From positions 2,176,001-2,240,000 of the forward strand of contig OY970399.1 of the NCBI GenBank assembly GCA_963720545.1: a stretch of DNA of 64,000 bases, in the 5' to 3' direction. Origin of the DNA: an uncultured Acidobacteriota bacterium. Lineage in GTDB: Bacteria; Acidobacteriota; Vicinamibacteria; Fen-336. Every line of letters begins with the position of its first letter. Within the stretch, counting starts at the first letter, position 1. The notes under the pieces are model-generated. The model was not told where the DNA came from. It did not search any database and saw nothing but the letters and a program-made list of their open reading frames with translations. A program made the position numbers and the translations under genes. Shown piece after piece: positions 1-10,184 of this stretch.

Positions 1-659
1 CCCGGGTGCTCGACGCAGGCTGCGGCACCGGCAACAACCTCATCCACATGCGGCGCTTCGGCCGCACCATCGGCGTCGACCTGTCGGAAGACGCGATCGC
101 CCATTGCCGCGCGCGCCGCGTGCCGGCGATACGCGGCAGCGTGCTGTCGCTGCCCATCCGCAACGCGCGCGTGGCGCTCGCCACGTCCTTCGACGTCCTC
201 TATCACGCGTGGGTCACGAGCGACCGCGACGCCGTTGCCGAGATGGCGCGGGTGGTGAAGCCCGGCGGCTTCGTGCTGGTGCGGGTGCCGGCGCTGCGGA
301 TGCTCTGGGGCGCGCACGACGAAGCCGTGCTTTCGCGGCATCGCTACACCAGGGGCGAGCTGACCGCGCTGCTGCGCTCCGCCGGGCTCGAGGTGGTGCG
401 CGCGACCTACGCGAACACGCTGCTCTTGCCGCTGCTCCTCGCCCGCCGGCTGCTCGACCGCCTGCTGGGCCGCCACGGCTCCGACGTCTCCTTCCTGCCC
501 GCGCCGCTCGAATGGACGTTCCTGCGGCTGCTGCGGATGGAAGCGTGGCTCGTGGGGCTTGGCGTCAGCCTGCCGATCGGCGCGAGCGTCCTGGCGTTGG
601 CGCGCAAGCCCGGCAAGCAGCGTCGCAAGGCCGAAAGCGGCCCGCAGGTACTGCACTAG
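1..659 (+). CDS. Class I SAM-dependent methyltransferase (5' end outside the window)
   Basis: VLDAGCGTG SAM motif I at the window edge; SFDVLYH and EMARVVKPGG motifs; HDEA..HRYT motif typical of glycan-cluster methyltransferases. Confidence 0.85.
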   Translation, partial: RVLDAGCGTGNNLIHMRRFGRTIGVDLSEDAIAHCRARRVPAIRGSVLSLPIRNARVALATSFDVLYHAWVTSDRDAVAEMARVVKPGGFVLVRVPALRMLWGAHDEAVLSRHRYTRGELTALLRSAGLEVVRATYANTLLLPLLLARRLLDRLLGRHGSDVSFLPAPLEWTFLRLLRMEAWLVGLGVSLPIGASVLALARKPGKQRRKAESGPQVLH

Positions 660-689
660 CAAGCGCCGCGGCGCGGCGCGTCCTGCCTG

Positions 690-3032
690 CTACAAGCGGA
701 AGAGGTAGCTGAACTTCACGAAGAAGCCGTCCTGGGTGCGGCGCAGGCCACGGAAGGCGAACAGGTCCGCGTCCGACACGGAGCTGCCGTAGCCCGCGAA
801 GAACACCGTGCCCGGCGTCGGCTGCCAGGCGAAGAGCGCATCGATCCGCAGGTCGTTGGCGCTCTTGCCGAGCGCCGCATCGTAGCCGCCGGCAGCGTTG
901 CGGATGAGGATCGGCCGCTCGGTGCGCGTGACGTCGCGCAAGTCGTCCTGGTAGTCGGCGACGTATTCGGCGACCACGCGGCCGAAGATCGCGCGCGTCG
1001 CCTGGTATTCGATCTTGAGGCGCGGGATGTGGCGCCTGGTGACCACCGAGCCGTCGGTGCGGCGGTTCACCTGCTGCAGGTTGTAGAGCAGGTTGGCGCG
1101 CAACTGTTCGGTCGGCCGCCAGTTGAGGTCGACCGTGAGATACGCGATCTTGCCGCTCGCCCACTCGGAGAAGTTCTCGTCGCGCCCCCAGACGGCGCTC
1201 ACTTCGGCGTCGAAGCGCTTGAACTGCGGCGTCGAGAAGCTCGCCACCCAGTCGAGGTTCGGTATGCGCGGCGTGCCGACGAACGGCAGGATCTCGCCGG
1301 GACGGTCGCCGGCAATCGCGTAGTCCGTGTAGAGCGAGGGGTCGTAGCCGAAGGTCTCGACCAGGATCGAGCCGCCGACCTTCCAGCCGCCGCGCAGCGT
1401 CGCGTTGTTGTTGAAGTGCAGCTTGCGGTCCTGCACGCCGCCCGCGCCGAAGAAGGCGTCGTACTGCCAGGTGCCGTCCAGCACCAGGTCGCTGTTCAGC
1501 ACCTCGAGGAACGAGCCTTCGCGGCCGAAGAAGCTGACGCGCTGGTCGGCCAGGGCATGGACGATGCCGGCGCGGCTGATGAAGCCGGCGCGGGCGCGGA
1601 AGTCGTCGTCGATGCCGCTCAGGAGCAGCCGCGTGCCGAGGCGCTTGCCGTTGCGGTTGAAGGTGGCGTTCCACAGCGGCGCTGTCTTCTTGACTCCGGC
1701 GACGAGGTCGCCGGATACGCTGCCCTGCAGGTCGAGGTTGGACGTCTGGCCGAGGGCGATGCGCGCGTCGATGGCGGCCACCCGGTTCCAGTCGCTGCCC
1801 TCGATGCGGTCGGTGTAGACGAGGCCGAGGCGCGAGCGCTGGCCGAGGTCGCGGCGCACGCGCAGCACGTTGTAGACCGGGTGGTCGCTGCCGGTGCGCG
1901 AGACGTTCTCGTCGTCCACCGCCGACAGCAGGCCGACACTCGTGCCGGAGAGAGTGCCCGTGAGCTTGACGGCGGCCAGCGGCGACACCACGCGGCGCGT
2001 GTACACGAGCCGGTTGGGGGTCGCGAACTGCTCGAGGCCGTCGAGGAAGAACGGCCGCTTCTCCTCGAAGAAGAGCGCCTGGCGCGGGTCGTACTGGATC
2101 TGGCTGATGTCCGATTCGACTTGTGAGAAGTCGGGGTTGACGGTGCCGGTGAGCGAGAGGTTCGGCGTCACGCCCCAGCGCACGTTGCCGCCAACTTCCG
2201 GGCGCCGGCCGTGATAGCGCCACGCGTCGTTTCCCGAGCGGATGCCGTCGAGGCGGCCGGTGACTTCCGGGTTGAGGTCGAGCACCAGGCCGGGGTGGAG
2301 GTCGCGCATGCCGGCGATCACGCCGCCCTGGGTGAGGAACGAGGTGGCGGAGCGCCGCGCCGGCGCCCACGAGTCCTCGAAGCCGGAGCTCTGGCTCACC
2401 CGCAGCACGTGCAGTCCCCAGCTCTGCGTGTCGGCCTTCTGGTAGCGCAGGCTCTTGAACGGCACCCTTACTTCGATCTCGTAGCCGGCCGGCGTCAACC
2501 GGCCCTTCGACTGGAACACGAAATCGGGCGCCAGGTTCGGCGTCTCGCGTCCGGTCGCGAGCCCGGAAAACCCGCCGCCCGCGTCGCCGGTGCTGAGTCC
2601 TTCGATGAGCGTGCCGTCCGCTTGCACCCCCAGCGGGTTGACGGTGAGTGCTATCGCCTGGCGGCCGTCGTTGAAGGTCGAGAGCAGGAAGGTCACGGTG
2701 TCCTCGGCATCGAGGTAGTCGCGCTGCGCGAGGCTCGCGCGCACGCTGCCTGGCGCCGCTTGCGCACGCACGCCGAAGTAGATCGCGGTGGGCGAATAGA
2801 AGACGAGCACCTCGGTGCCCTGCTCCGCCGGCCTGCCGTCGTTCGGCGAATACTGCGAGAACTCGGTGAGCCGGGCCGCGGCGGCCCACGCCGCTTCGTC
2901 GAGCTTGCCGTCGATCGCGATTTCGTCCTCGCGGCGCGGCGCCGAGACCTGCAGCTGATCCTGGCGGCCGGCAAAAACCGGCGGCGGCGGTTCGGCCAGC
3001 GAAATCAAGGCGATGAACGCATGCGTGAGCAT
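690..3032 (-). CDS. CBM9-like/DUF5916 family outer-membrane beta-barrel protein
   Basis: N-terminal IDGKLDEAAW (CBM9/DOMON-like); TVNPDFSQVESD and FFEEKRPFFLDG motifs recognised from this family; C-terminal beta-signal-like FFVKFSYLFRL. Confidence 0.75.
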   Translation of the reverse strand: MLTHAFIALISLAEPPPPVFAGRQDQLQVSAPRREDEIAIDGKLDEAAWAAAARLTEFSQYSPNDGRPAEQGTEVLVFYSPTAIYFGVRAQAAPGSVRASLAQRDYLDAEDTVTFLLSTFNDGRQAIALTVNPLGVQADGTLIEGLSTGDAGGGFSGLATGRETPNLAPDFVFQSKGRLTPAGYEIEVRVPFKSLRYQKADTQSWGLHVLRVSQSSGFEDSWAPARRSATSFLTQGGVIAGMRDLHPGLVLDLNPEVTGRLDGIRSGNDAWRYHGRRPEVGGNVRWGVTPNLSLTGTVNPDFSQVESDISQIQYDPRQALFFEEKRPFFLDGLEQFATPNRLVYTRRVVSPLAAVKLTGTLSGTSVGLLSAVDDENVSRTGSDHPVYNVLRVRRDLGQRSRLGLVYTDRIEGSDWNRVAAIDARIALGQTSNLDLQGSVSGDLVAGVKKTAPLWNATFNRNGKRLGTRLLLSGIDDDFRARAGFISRAGIVHALADQRVSFFGREGSFLEVLNSDLVLDGTWQYDAFFGAGGVQDRKLHFNNNATLRGGWKVGGSILVETFGYDPSLYTDYAIAGDRPGEILPFVGTPRIPNLDWVASFSTPQFKRFDAEVSAVWGRDENFSEWASGKIAYLTVDLNWRPTEQLRANLLYNLQQVNRRTDGSVVTRRHIPRLKIEYQATRAIFGRVVAEYVADYQDDLRDVTRTERPILIRNAAGGYDAALGKSANDLRIDALFAWQPTPGTVFFAGYGSSVSDADLFAFRGLRRTQDGFFVKFSYLFRL

Positions 3033-3093
3033 CGGCCGTCCATGCTACCGCGACGTGCGTGCTACGCTCCGTCGCCACGGAGGCGCGATCTTC

Positions 3094-5859
3094 ATGACGA
3101 TGCGCGGTGTCACGACCGTATTCGTTTGTTCGCTTGGCCTGCTCGGCGCCGCGGCTGACAGCGACGCGCCCGAAACGGCGTCGACCGAAGCCATCGCCCG
3201 CTTCACCACCGAGCCGCGCTACCTTTCGCCCTGGGTCGCGACCGTCCCGGAATCGGCACAGGTGCCTTCGCCCCTCGACTTCTTCGGCCACGTCTCCGGC
3301 GCCGCCGGCGAGCTCACCTATTCGGACCGTGCCTATGCGTACTATCGCGCGCTCGCCAAGGCGTCGCCGCGGGTGCACGTCGAGACGATCGGCAAGACCG
3401 AAGAGGGCCGCGAGATCGTGCTGGTGGCGATCGCCGATGAAGACGGCATCCGCGACCTCGAGCGGCTGAAGGCGGCAACCGCGGCGCTTGCCGACCCGCG
3501 CAAAACCGACGAAGCCGCGGCGACGGCGCTCATCGACGCGGCGCGTCCCATCTATTACTTCAACGCCGCGATCCACGCCGACGAGACCGGCAGCGTCGAG
3601 ATGCTGCCCGAACTCGCCTACCGGCTGGCGGTGTCGGAAGTGCCGATGATCCAGGCGATCCGCAGGAACGTGGTGGTGTTGCTGAACCCCGTGTCGAACC
3701 CCGACGGCCGCGACAAGGTCGCCGACTGGTTCTACGCGTACCTCAAGGGCCGCACCGACTTCGACACCCTGCCGCGCCAGTCGCCGCCCTACTGGTCGCG
3801 CTACGCGTACGTCGACCTCAACCGCGACACGCACCAGCAGACGCATGCCGCGACCCAGGCAGTGCACCGCATGTTCCACGCGTACCACCCGACCGTGGTG
3901 CACGACCTGCACGAAGCGATCGCACTCCTGCAGACGTGGAACGGCACCGGTCCCTACAACCCCAACCTCGACCCGATCGCAACCACCGCGTGGCTCACCA
4001 TGAGCTTCCACGAGGTGCAGACGCTGACCGCGATGGGCATGCCGGGCGTGTGGACCTGGGACTTCGGCGAAGGCTTCGGCCAGCACTTTCTCGATTCGGT
4101 GGCGATGAACCACAACAGCCTCGGCCGCGGCTACGAGACTTTCGGCAACACCACCGCGGAAACCGCCGACCGCGTGCTCGGCCGCGGCGACGTCAGCCGC
4201 GAATGGTACCGGCCGGTGCCGCCGCCGACGCGCTTTCGCTGGTCGATGCGCGACAACGTCAACTACCAGCAGACGGCCGCGCTGGCGGCGCTCGACTTCA
4301 CCGCGCGCAACGCGAAGCCGATGCTGTGGGACTTCTACCGCAAGGGCGTGAACTCGTACCGCAAGGGCGTGGACGGTCCGCCGTTCGCCTACGTCATCCC
4401 TGCCGACCAGGGCGACCCGCACCGTGTCGCGGCGATGGTCGCACGGCTGATGGCGCAGCGCATCGAGGTGTCGCGCGCGAACGTCGCGCTCGCGGTGAAG
4501 GAAGGCTCTTTCCCCGCGGGCAGCTTCGTCGTCAAGCTCGACCAGCCGTATCGCAACTATGCCGTCGACCTGCTCTCGCCGCAGGTCTACCCGGAAGACT
4601 CGAAGGTCGAGCCGTACGACGACATCTCCTGGGCACTGCCGGTTCACGATCACCTGCAGGCGGTGGCGATCGCAGATCCTGCGGTGAAGACCGCGGCCGC
4701 AACGCTCCTCACTGAACCCCCGCAGGCGCACGGCCGCGTCTCGGGCGACGGCTCGGTCTTGCTCGTCAAGGACACGGGACAGGAGTCGCTGTTCGCCGCG
4801 CGCTACCAGCTGAAGGCGTTTCGTGTCGAGATCGCGGAGCAGCCGTTCGATGCGGGCGGCGTTTCGTATCCGCGCGGCTCCTGGATACTGCCGGCTCAGG
4901 CCGGGCTGGCGAAGGCAGTGGCCGCGACCAGCGACAAGTGGGGCATCGATTTTCAGGGTGCCGCCTCCGCCCCCGACGTCCGGCGCCACGATGCGCCGGC
5001 GCCGCGGCTCGGCGTGTTCGTGCCCTGGGCCGATACAGACGCCAGCGGCTGGGTGCGCTACGCGCTCGACCAGCGTGCGATTCCCTACACCTACATCCGC
5101 GACGAGGACGTGCGCGCCGGCGGGCTGCGCACCCGCTTCGACGTCATCCTCTACGGCCACGTGGACCTCGAGCTCGCCGCCCAGATCAGCGGCCTGCCCT
5201 CGGCCTGGGGCCCGATGCCGTTCAAGAAGACGGCGAAGACGCCGCACCTCGGTACCCCCGCCGAATCGGACGACATCACCGGCGGCATCGGCTACCGCGG
5301 TCTCGCCGAGCTGCAGTCGTTCGCCGAAGCCGGCGGCGTATTGATAACGATGGGCAGCGGCTCGACCCTGGCGCTCGAAGGCGGCCTGATCCGCGGCGTG
5401 CGGCGCTCCGCCGGCCTGGCGGTGCCGCGCGTCGGCGAAGGCGGCGAGCTGCGCGGCATCTGGACGCCGGGCTCGCACGTGCGCGCGAGTTTCGTGAAGA
5501 AGGACGACCCGATCGGCTACGGTTACGCCGAGAACACCTATGTGTTCCGCGCCAACTTTCCGGCGTACGACCCGCCCAGGCACTGGCTGCGCATGTCGTA
5601 CTGCACCTCGTGCCTCGACGGCCCGGTGGACCGCTCGGCGATCGTCATGCAGTGGGGTGCGAGCGACGGGTCGCCCTTCCTGGTGAGCGGCGGCGCGCGC
5701 GGCGAAAGCGGCCTCGTCGGCCGCCCGGCGATCTTCGACGTGCCCACCGGCAAGGGCCGCATCGTCGCCTTCAACTTCAACCCGCTGCACCGCGACCTGA
5801 ACCACGGCGACCACCGCCTGGTGTGGAACGCGGTGCTCAACTGGAAGCGGGCGGAATAG
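3094..5859 (+). CDS. Secreted M14-family zinc carboxypeptidase
   Basis: HADE (HxxE), NPDGR, DLNRD and DLHE zinc/catalytic motifs; GGAGG ribosome-binding site before ATG 3094; hydrophobic N-terminus; glutamine-amidotransferase-like C-terminal region. Confidence 0.85.
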   Translation: MTMRGVTTVFVCSLGLLGAAADSDAPETASTEAIARFTTEPRYLSPWVATVPESAQVPSPLDFFGHVSGAAGELTYSDRAYAYYRALAKASPRVHVETIGKTEEGREIVLVAIADEDGIRDLERLKAATAALADPRKTDEAAATALIDAARPIYYFNAAIHADETGSVEMLPELAYRLAVSEVPMIQAIRRNVVVLLNPVSNPDGRDKVADWFYAYLKGRTDFDTLPRQSPPYWSRYAYVDLNRDTHQQTHAATQAVHRMFHAYHPTVVHDLHEAIALLQTWNGTGPYNPNLDPIATTAWLTMSFHEVQTLTAMGMPGVWTWDFGEGFGQHFLDSVAMNHNSLGRGYETFGNTTAETADRVLGRGDVSREWYRPVPPPTRFRWSMRDNVNYQQTAALAALDFTARNAKPMLWDFYRKGVNSYRKGVDGPPFAYVIPADQGDPHRVAAMVARLMAQRIEVSRANVALAVKEGSFPAGSFVVKLDQPYRNYAVDLLSPQVYPEDSKVEPYDDISWALPVHDHLQAVAIADPAVKTAAATLLTEPPQAHGRVSGDGSVLLVKDTGQESLFAARYQLKAFRVEIAEQPFDAGGVSYPRGSWILPAQAGLAKAVAATSDKWGIDFQGAASAPDVRRHDAPAPRLGVFVPWADTDASGWVRYALDQRAIPYTYIRDEDVRAGGLRTRFDVILYGHVDLELAAQISGLPSAWGPMPFKKTAKTPHLGTPAESDDITGGIGYRGLAELQSFAEAGGVLITMGSGSTLALEGGLIRGVRRSAGLAVPRVGEGGELRGIWTPGSHVRASFVKKDDPIGYGYAENTYVFRANFPAYDPPRHWLRMSYCTSCLDGPVDRSAIVMQWGASDGSPFLVSGGARGESGLVGRPAIFDVPTGKGRIVAFNFNPLHRDLNHGDHRLVWNAVLNWKRAE

Positions 5860-5862
5860 CCG

Positions 5863-6378
5863 CTACCAGATCGGGTATTTCTTCGCCTTGTGCTCGGCGC
5901 CGAGCGTGACGTAGTCGGCGGCGTTCTTCACCACCCGGTCGACTTCGGCGGGTGTCAGCGGACGTATGACGCGCCCGGGGACCCCCAGCACCAGCGAGCC
6001 GGCCGGCACCCTGGTGCCTTCGGGCACGACGGCACCGGCGCCGACCAGGCAGTGTTTGCCAATGACGCAGCCGCTCAGCACCGTGGCGCGCATCGCGATG
6101 AGCGTCTCGTCGTGCACTTCGGACGCGTGCACGATGGCGCCGTGTCCCATGGTGACGCGTTCGCCGAGCACCGCCGGCATGTCCCAGTCGGTGTGGATCA
6201 CGCAGCCGTCCTGCACGTTGCTCTCGGCGCCGATCTCGATCGGCTCCATGTCGCCGCGCAGCACCGCCGAGAACCAGACCGAGGCGCGCGGCCCGATGCG
6301 CACGTCGCCGACGATGCTGGAGGCCGGTGCGATGTACGCCGTTTCGTCGATGACGATGCCGTTCCTGGGGAGTGCCAC
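5863..6378 (-). CDS. Gamma carbonic anhydrase family (YrdA-like) hexapeptide-repeat protein
   Basis: IVGDVRIG..SVWFSAVLRGD..NVQDGCVIH..GHGAIVH; GTG start chosen at 6378. Confidence 0.9.
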   Translation of the reverse strand: MALPRNGIVIDETAYIAPASSIVGDVRIGPRASVWFSAVLRGDMEPIEIGAESNVQDGCVIHTDWDMPAVLGERVTMGHGAIVHASEVHDETLIAMRATVLSGCVIGKHCLVGAGAVVPEGTRVPAGSLVLGVPGRVIRPLTPAEVDRVVKNAADYVTLGAEHKAKKYPIW

Positions 6379-6453
6379 GGCCTCGATTCTTGCACGGTGT
6401 CTCTCAGCCGCTGACACCCGGGCGGTACAATCCAGAGCCAGAGCGACAAGGCA

Positions 6454-7050
6454 ATGGGCGACACTCCCAAGGACGCGGCCGCCGTCACCGCGGACCTCGA
6501 GCGGATCCGCGCGGAGGTGCGCGAGCGCGCCCTGCACCAGCCCCCGCAGGGACGGCTGCCGGCGCCGCTTCCGGTCCGGCCGCCCGCTGTGCCGGCGCAA
6601 CCCGACGCCGAGCCGGTGGCAGTCGCGCTTCCCGTGCGGCCCGATCCCGCCGAAGTCAACACGCTGTGGCGGGCAGAGGCCGCGGGCGACACGCCCGGGC
6701 TGCTCCGCCGGTTCGTGAACCGCATGGTGGCGCCTGCGCGCGCCGCGCAGATCGCGTGGAACGCCCGCCAGGTGCAGTTCGACAACGAGTTGCTCGCCTA
6801 TGTCGACGGCCGCCTGCACGCGACACACCTGCAATACGACAGCGTCCTCGGCATCCACGCGAAGCACCTGCAGGAGATCGACGAGCGCCACCTCATCCTC
6901 CAGGAAGAGCTCGTCGCCCACGTCCACGATCTCGTCAAGCGCATCGACCTGGTGCTGAGCCTCTCCGAGCGCGAGACGCTCGGCATCGAGGCGTCGCTGC
7001 GCGAGCTGCGGGCGCGGCTTTCCGACCTCGAGCCGGCGCGCAAGCCCTAG
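6454..7050 (+). CDS. Hypothetical protein with C-terminal coiled coil, first gene of the glycosyltransferase cluster
   Basis: Host-like codon usage; TACAAT -10 element at 6426-6431; heptad-rich C-terminus; 6 nt upstream of the GT4 gene. Confidence 0.7.
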   Translation: MGDTPKDAAAVTADLERIRAEVRERALHQPPQGRLPAPLPVRPPAVPAQPDAEPVAVALPVRPDPAEVNTLWRAEAAGDTPGLLRRFVNRMVAPARAAQIAWNARQVQFDNELLAYVDGRLHATHLQYDSVLGIHAKHLQEIDERHLILQEELVAHVHDLVKRIDLVLSLSERETLGIEASLRELRARLSDLEPARKP

Positions 7051-7056
7051 CCGCGC

Positions 7057-8109
7057 ATGCAGAGGATGAAGAGCGTCGTCATCTGCGCCGTGCAGGCGCC
7101 GTTCATCAAGGGCGGCGCCGAGATCCTGGTGCACGAGCTGCGCGACAACCTCGCGCGGCGCGGGTTCCGCGTCGACATCGCGAACGTGCCGTTCAAGTGG
7201 TACCCGGTGACCGAGATCGTGAAGCAGGCGCTCGCCTGGCGCCTGCTCGACCTCACCGAGAGCAACGGCACACCGGTCGACCTCGTCATCCCCACCAAGT
7301 TCCCGAGTTTCCTGGTGCGCCATCCGCGCAAGGTCGCCTGGCTCTTCCACCAGCACCGCGAGGTCTACGACCTGTACGGCACGGAGTACTGTTCCTTCGA
7401 CGGCTCGGCGGAGCACGATCAGGCGCGCGAGGCCATCCACACGATGGACCGCACGGCGCTCGCGGAGTGCCGGCGCATCTTCACCATCTCGAAGAACGTC
7501 GCGGCGCGGCTGGCGAAATTCAGCGCCCTCTCCGGCGAGGCGCTCTACCCGCCGCCGCAGCACCTCGGCCGGCACCGCACCGACGCGTACGAGCCCTTCC
7601 TCTTTTATGCGGGGCGGCTCGACCGCCTCAAGCGGCTCGACCTCGCGATCGATGCGGTGGCGCGCTCGCGCGCGGCGCGCCTCAAGATCGCGGGCAGCGG
7701 ACCGCTCGAATCCGAACTGCGAAAACGTGTCGAGCGCATGGGCGTCTCGGACCGCGTCGAGTTCCTCGGCTTCGTTTCGGACGACGACCTGGTGTCGCTC
7801 TACGCGCGCTGCCGCGGCGCCTGGTACGCGCCGGTGAACGAAGACTACGGTTACGTGACGGTCGAGTCGTTCCTCTCGCGCAAGCCGGTCATCACCACCA
7901 CCGACGCCGGCGGGCCGCTCGAGTTCGTGGTGGACGGCGAATCGGGACTGGTCGCCGAACCGAACGCGGAATCGCTGGGCGCCGCGATGGACCGGCTGTG
8001 GAATACGCCCGAAGCCACGCTTCGCGCCATGGGCGAAGCCGGCCATGCGCGCGTCCGCGACATCACCTGGGACCGCGTCATCGACCGCCTCACCGAGGGG
8101 CTCGCGTGA
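7057..8109 (+). CDS. Glycosyltransferase family 4
   Basis: GGAE motif; GRLDRLKR; EDYGYVTVE (ExxGxxxxE). Confidence 0.9.
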   Translation: MQRMKSVVICAVQAPFIKGGAEILVHELRDNLARRGFRVDIANVPFKWYPVTEIVKQALAWRLLDLTESNGTPVDLVIPTKFPSFLVRHPRKVAWLFHQHREVYDLYGTEYCSFDGSAEHDQAREAIHTMDRTALAECRRIFTISKNVAARLAKFSALSGEALYPPPQHLGRHRTDAYEPFLFYAGRLDRLKRLDLAIDAVARSRAARLKIAGSGPLESELRKRVERMGVSDRVEFLGFVSDDDLVSLYARCRGAWYAPVNEDYGYVTVESFLSRKPVITTTDAGGPLEFVVDGESGLVAEPNAESLGAAMDRLWNTPEATLRAMGEAGHARVRDITWDRVIDRLTEGLA

Positions 8110-9458
8110 ATACGCCCGCCCCCAGGCGGCTGCGCCTGCGCGTCTGGAGTCCGTTGCCGCCGTCGCCCTCGGGCATCGCCGACTACACGCTCGAACAGAT
8201 CCAGGCGCTGCGCCGCCACGCCGAGATCACGGCTGTGGTCGAAAACCCGATGGCGGTGGAACCGGCGATCCGCGACGTGTTCCCGGTGGTCGAGCCGTCG
8301 CGCCTCCCCGCTGCCGACCTCGACCTTTACCATCTCGGCAACTCGCCCTCACACGCCTACGTCTATCGCGCGGCCATCGCCGCGCCCGGCGTTGCGGTCC
8401 TGCACGAGTGGAACCTGCACCACCTGGTGCTGTTCGAGACCGTGGAGCAGGGCAACCGCACCCGCTACCTGCGCGAGATGCGGCGCGCGTACGGGGAAAC
8501 CGGCACCTTCGTCGGCCGCCAGATGGCGCGCGCGCTGGGCGGCGACGTGCTCGCGTCGCGCTTTCCGTTGAACGAGCGGATCCTCGAGCGCAGCCTCGCG
8601 GTCGTCGGCCTCACCAGGCACATCACCGCCAAAGCCGCCGCCGCGATGCCGGGCCGGCCGGTGCTGCACGTGCCGCATCATCTCTCCTTGCCACTCGAGC
8701 CGTCGCACGCCGATGCGCGGCGCGCACTGGGCATCGCCGCGGACGAACTGGTGGTGACGGCCCCCGGGCTCGCCACGCGCGCGAAATGCCTGGAGCCGGC
8801 GCTTGCGGCGCTGTCGAAACTGGCCCCCGAGTTCCCGCGGCTGCGTTTCTTCGCGGCCGGCGAGGTCGACCGCGACTTTCCGCTTGCGAACCTCGTGGCC
8901 GGCTCGCCGCTCGCCGAGCGCAGCCGGATCGCGGGGCGTGTCAGCCTTGCCGACTTCGTGCGCCACCTGGCCGCCGCCGACGTGATCCTGAGCCTGCGCT
9001 ATCCGAGCTTTGGCGAGATGTCGGGCGCGCTGGTGCGCTCGCTCGGCCTCGGCCGGACGACGCTCGTCACCGCCGGCACGCCGGGCGCCGAGGAGTTTCC
9101 TCCCGGCATCGTGGTGCCCATCCGTCCCGGCCGTTCGCAAGCCGCGGAGATCGAAGCGGTGCTGCGCTACCTGCTGGCCGACCCCGCGGCACGCGCCGCG
9201 CTTGGCGCCGCCGCGCGGGAGTTCGTCCGCCGCGAGCACGATCTCGTCGCAACCACCGCGAAACTCGCGGCGTTCCTCGCCGCGGTGGACGCCCGCAAGG
9301 CGGAGCTGCGCGCCGGCATGAGCGAAGAGGACGAAGCGCACGCACCGCTGGCGCGCTTCTTCGACGACGAGATCCGCTGGGCGGCGCGCGACCTCAACCT
9401 GCGGGGCTACCCGCTCGGGATCGGCGCCCTGCTCGACGAGCTCAGCGCGGGCTCGTGA
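8106..9458 (+). CDS. Glycosyltransferase family 4 (GT-B; WbdA-like domain)
   Basis: SPLPPSPSGIADY, YHLGNS..H and LRYPSFGEMSG motifs; GTGA overlap with the upstream gene. Confidence 0.85.
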   Translation: MNTPAPRRLRLRVWSPLPPSPSGIADYTLEQIQALRRHAEITAVVENPMAVEPAIRDVFPVVEPSRLPAADLDLYHLGNSPSHAYVYRAAIAAPGVAVLHEWNLHHLVLFETVEQGNRTRYLREMRRAYGETGTFVGRQMARALGGDVLASRFPLNERILERSLAVVGLTRHITAKAAAAMPGRPVLHVPHHLSLPLEPSHADARRALGIAADELVVTAPGLATRAKCLEPALAALSKLAPEFPRLRFFAAGEVDRDFPLANLVAGSPLAERSRIAGRVSLADFVRHLAAADVILSLRYPSFGEMSGALVRSLGLGRTTLVTAGTPGAEEFPPGIVVPIRPGRSQAAEIEAVLRYLLADPAARAALGAAAREFVRREHDLVATTAKLAAFLAAVDARKAELRAGMSEEDEAHAPLARFFDDEIRWAARDLNLRGYPLGIGALLDELSAGS

Positions 9459-10174
9459 TGCCGGGCGCCTCCGCCGAGCTCAGCGTCGTCATTCCCGCGT
9501 TCAACGAGGAACACCGCCTGCCACGCACCCTCGAGCGCATTGCCGCGTTCTGCGCAGCGCGCGGCATCGCGTGCGAGCTGCTGGTCGTCGACGACGGCTC
9601 GCAGGACAAGACCGCCGAGCTCGGACGCGCCGCGGGGGCACGCGTGCTTCGCAACGACGAGAACCGCGGCAAGGGCCATTCGGTGCGCCGCGGCATGCTG
9701 GAAGCAAGCGGACCGCTGCGGCTCATGACGGACGCCGACCTGTCGACGCCGATAGAGGACGTCGACAAGCTGCGCGCCGTGATCGCAGAAGGCGCCGACA
9801 TCGCCATCGGCTCGCGTGCCGCCGACAAGGCTGACGTCAAGGTGCGGCAAGGACTCTTTCGCGAGACCGCCGGCCGCTCTTTCAACTTCGTCGTGCAGGC
9901 GCTGCTGCTTCCGGGCCTGCACGACACACAGTGCGGCTTCAAGCTCTTCACCGCGCGCGCCGCGCAGGCGGCGTTCACTCCTGCAACCCACGACGGCTTC
10001 GCTTTCGACGTCGAGGTGCTGGTGGCGGCGCGGCGGCGCGGGCTGCGCATCGCCGAGGTCGGCGTGACCTGGCGCAACGACGAAGCCTCCCGCGTCGGCC
10101 TGGTCTCGGGAATGCGCGCCTTCACCGACCTCTTGACAATTCGCACCAACGCCCGCCACGGCAAGTACGATTGA
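9458..10174 (+). CDS. GT2 polyprenyl/dolichyl-phosphate glycosyltransferase-like
   Basis: SVVIPAFNEE, VVDDGS, NRGKG, DADL and DTQCGFKLF motifs. Confidence 0.9.
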   Translation: MPGASAELSVVIPAFNEEHRLPRTLERIAAFCAARGIACELLVVDDGSQDKTAELGRAAGARVLRNDENRGKGHSVRRGMLEASGPLRLMTDADLSTPIEDVDKLRAVIAEGADIAIGSRAADKADVKVRQGLFRETAGRSFNFVVQALLLPGLHDTQCGFKLFTARAAQAAFTPATHDGFAFDVEVLVAARRRGLRIAEVGVTWRNDEASRVGLVSGMRAFTDLLTIRTNARHGKYD

Positions 10175-10184
10175 CCGGCCAGCC

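Noticed and set aside
565..5814. 1749-aa minus-strand ORF, and similar long shadow ORFs (14132-18070, 33308-36262, 52152-54761, 54800-57667, 61349-63367)
   Set aside because: Antisense or alternate frames of well-supported genes; stop codons are scarce in high-GC DNA and the translations have no motifs.
5863..8046. Apparent long N-terminal extensions in the ORF track (gamma-CA, GT4, tamA, accC, xerC, gyrB and others)
   Set aside because: Artefacts of taking the furthest start; the true starts are marked by 4-nt overlaps and motif boundaries.
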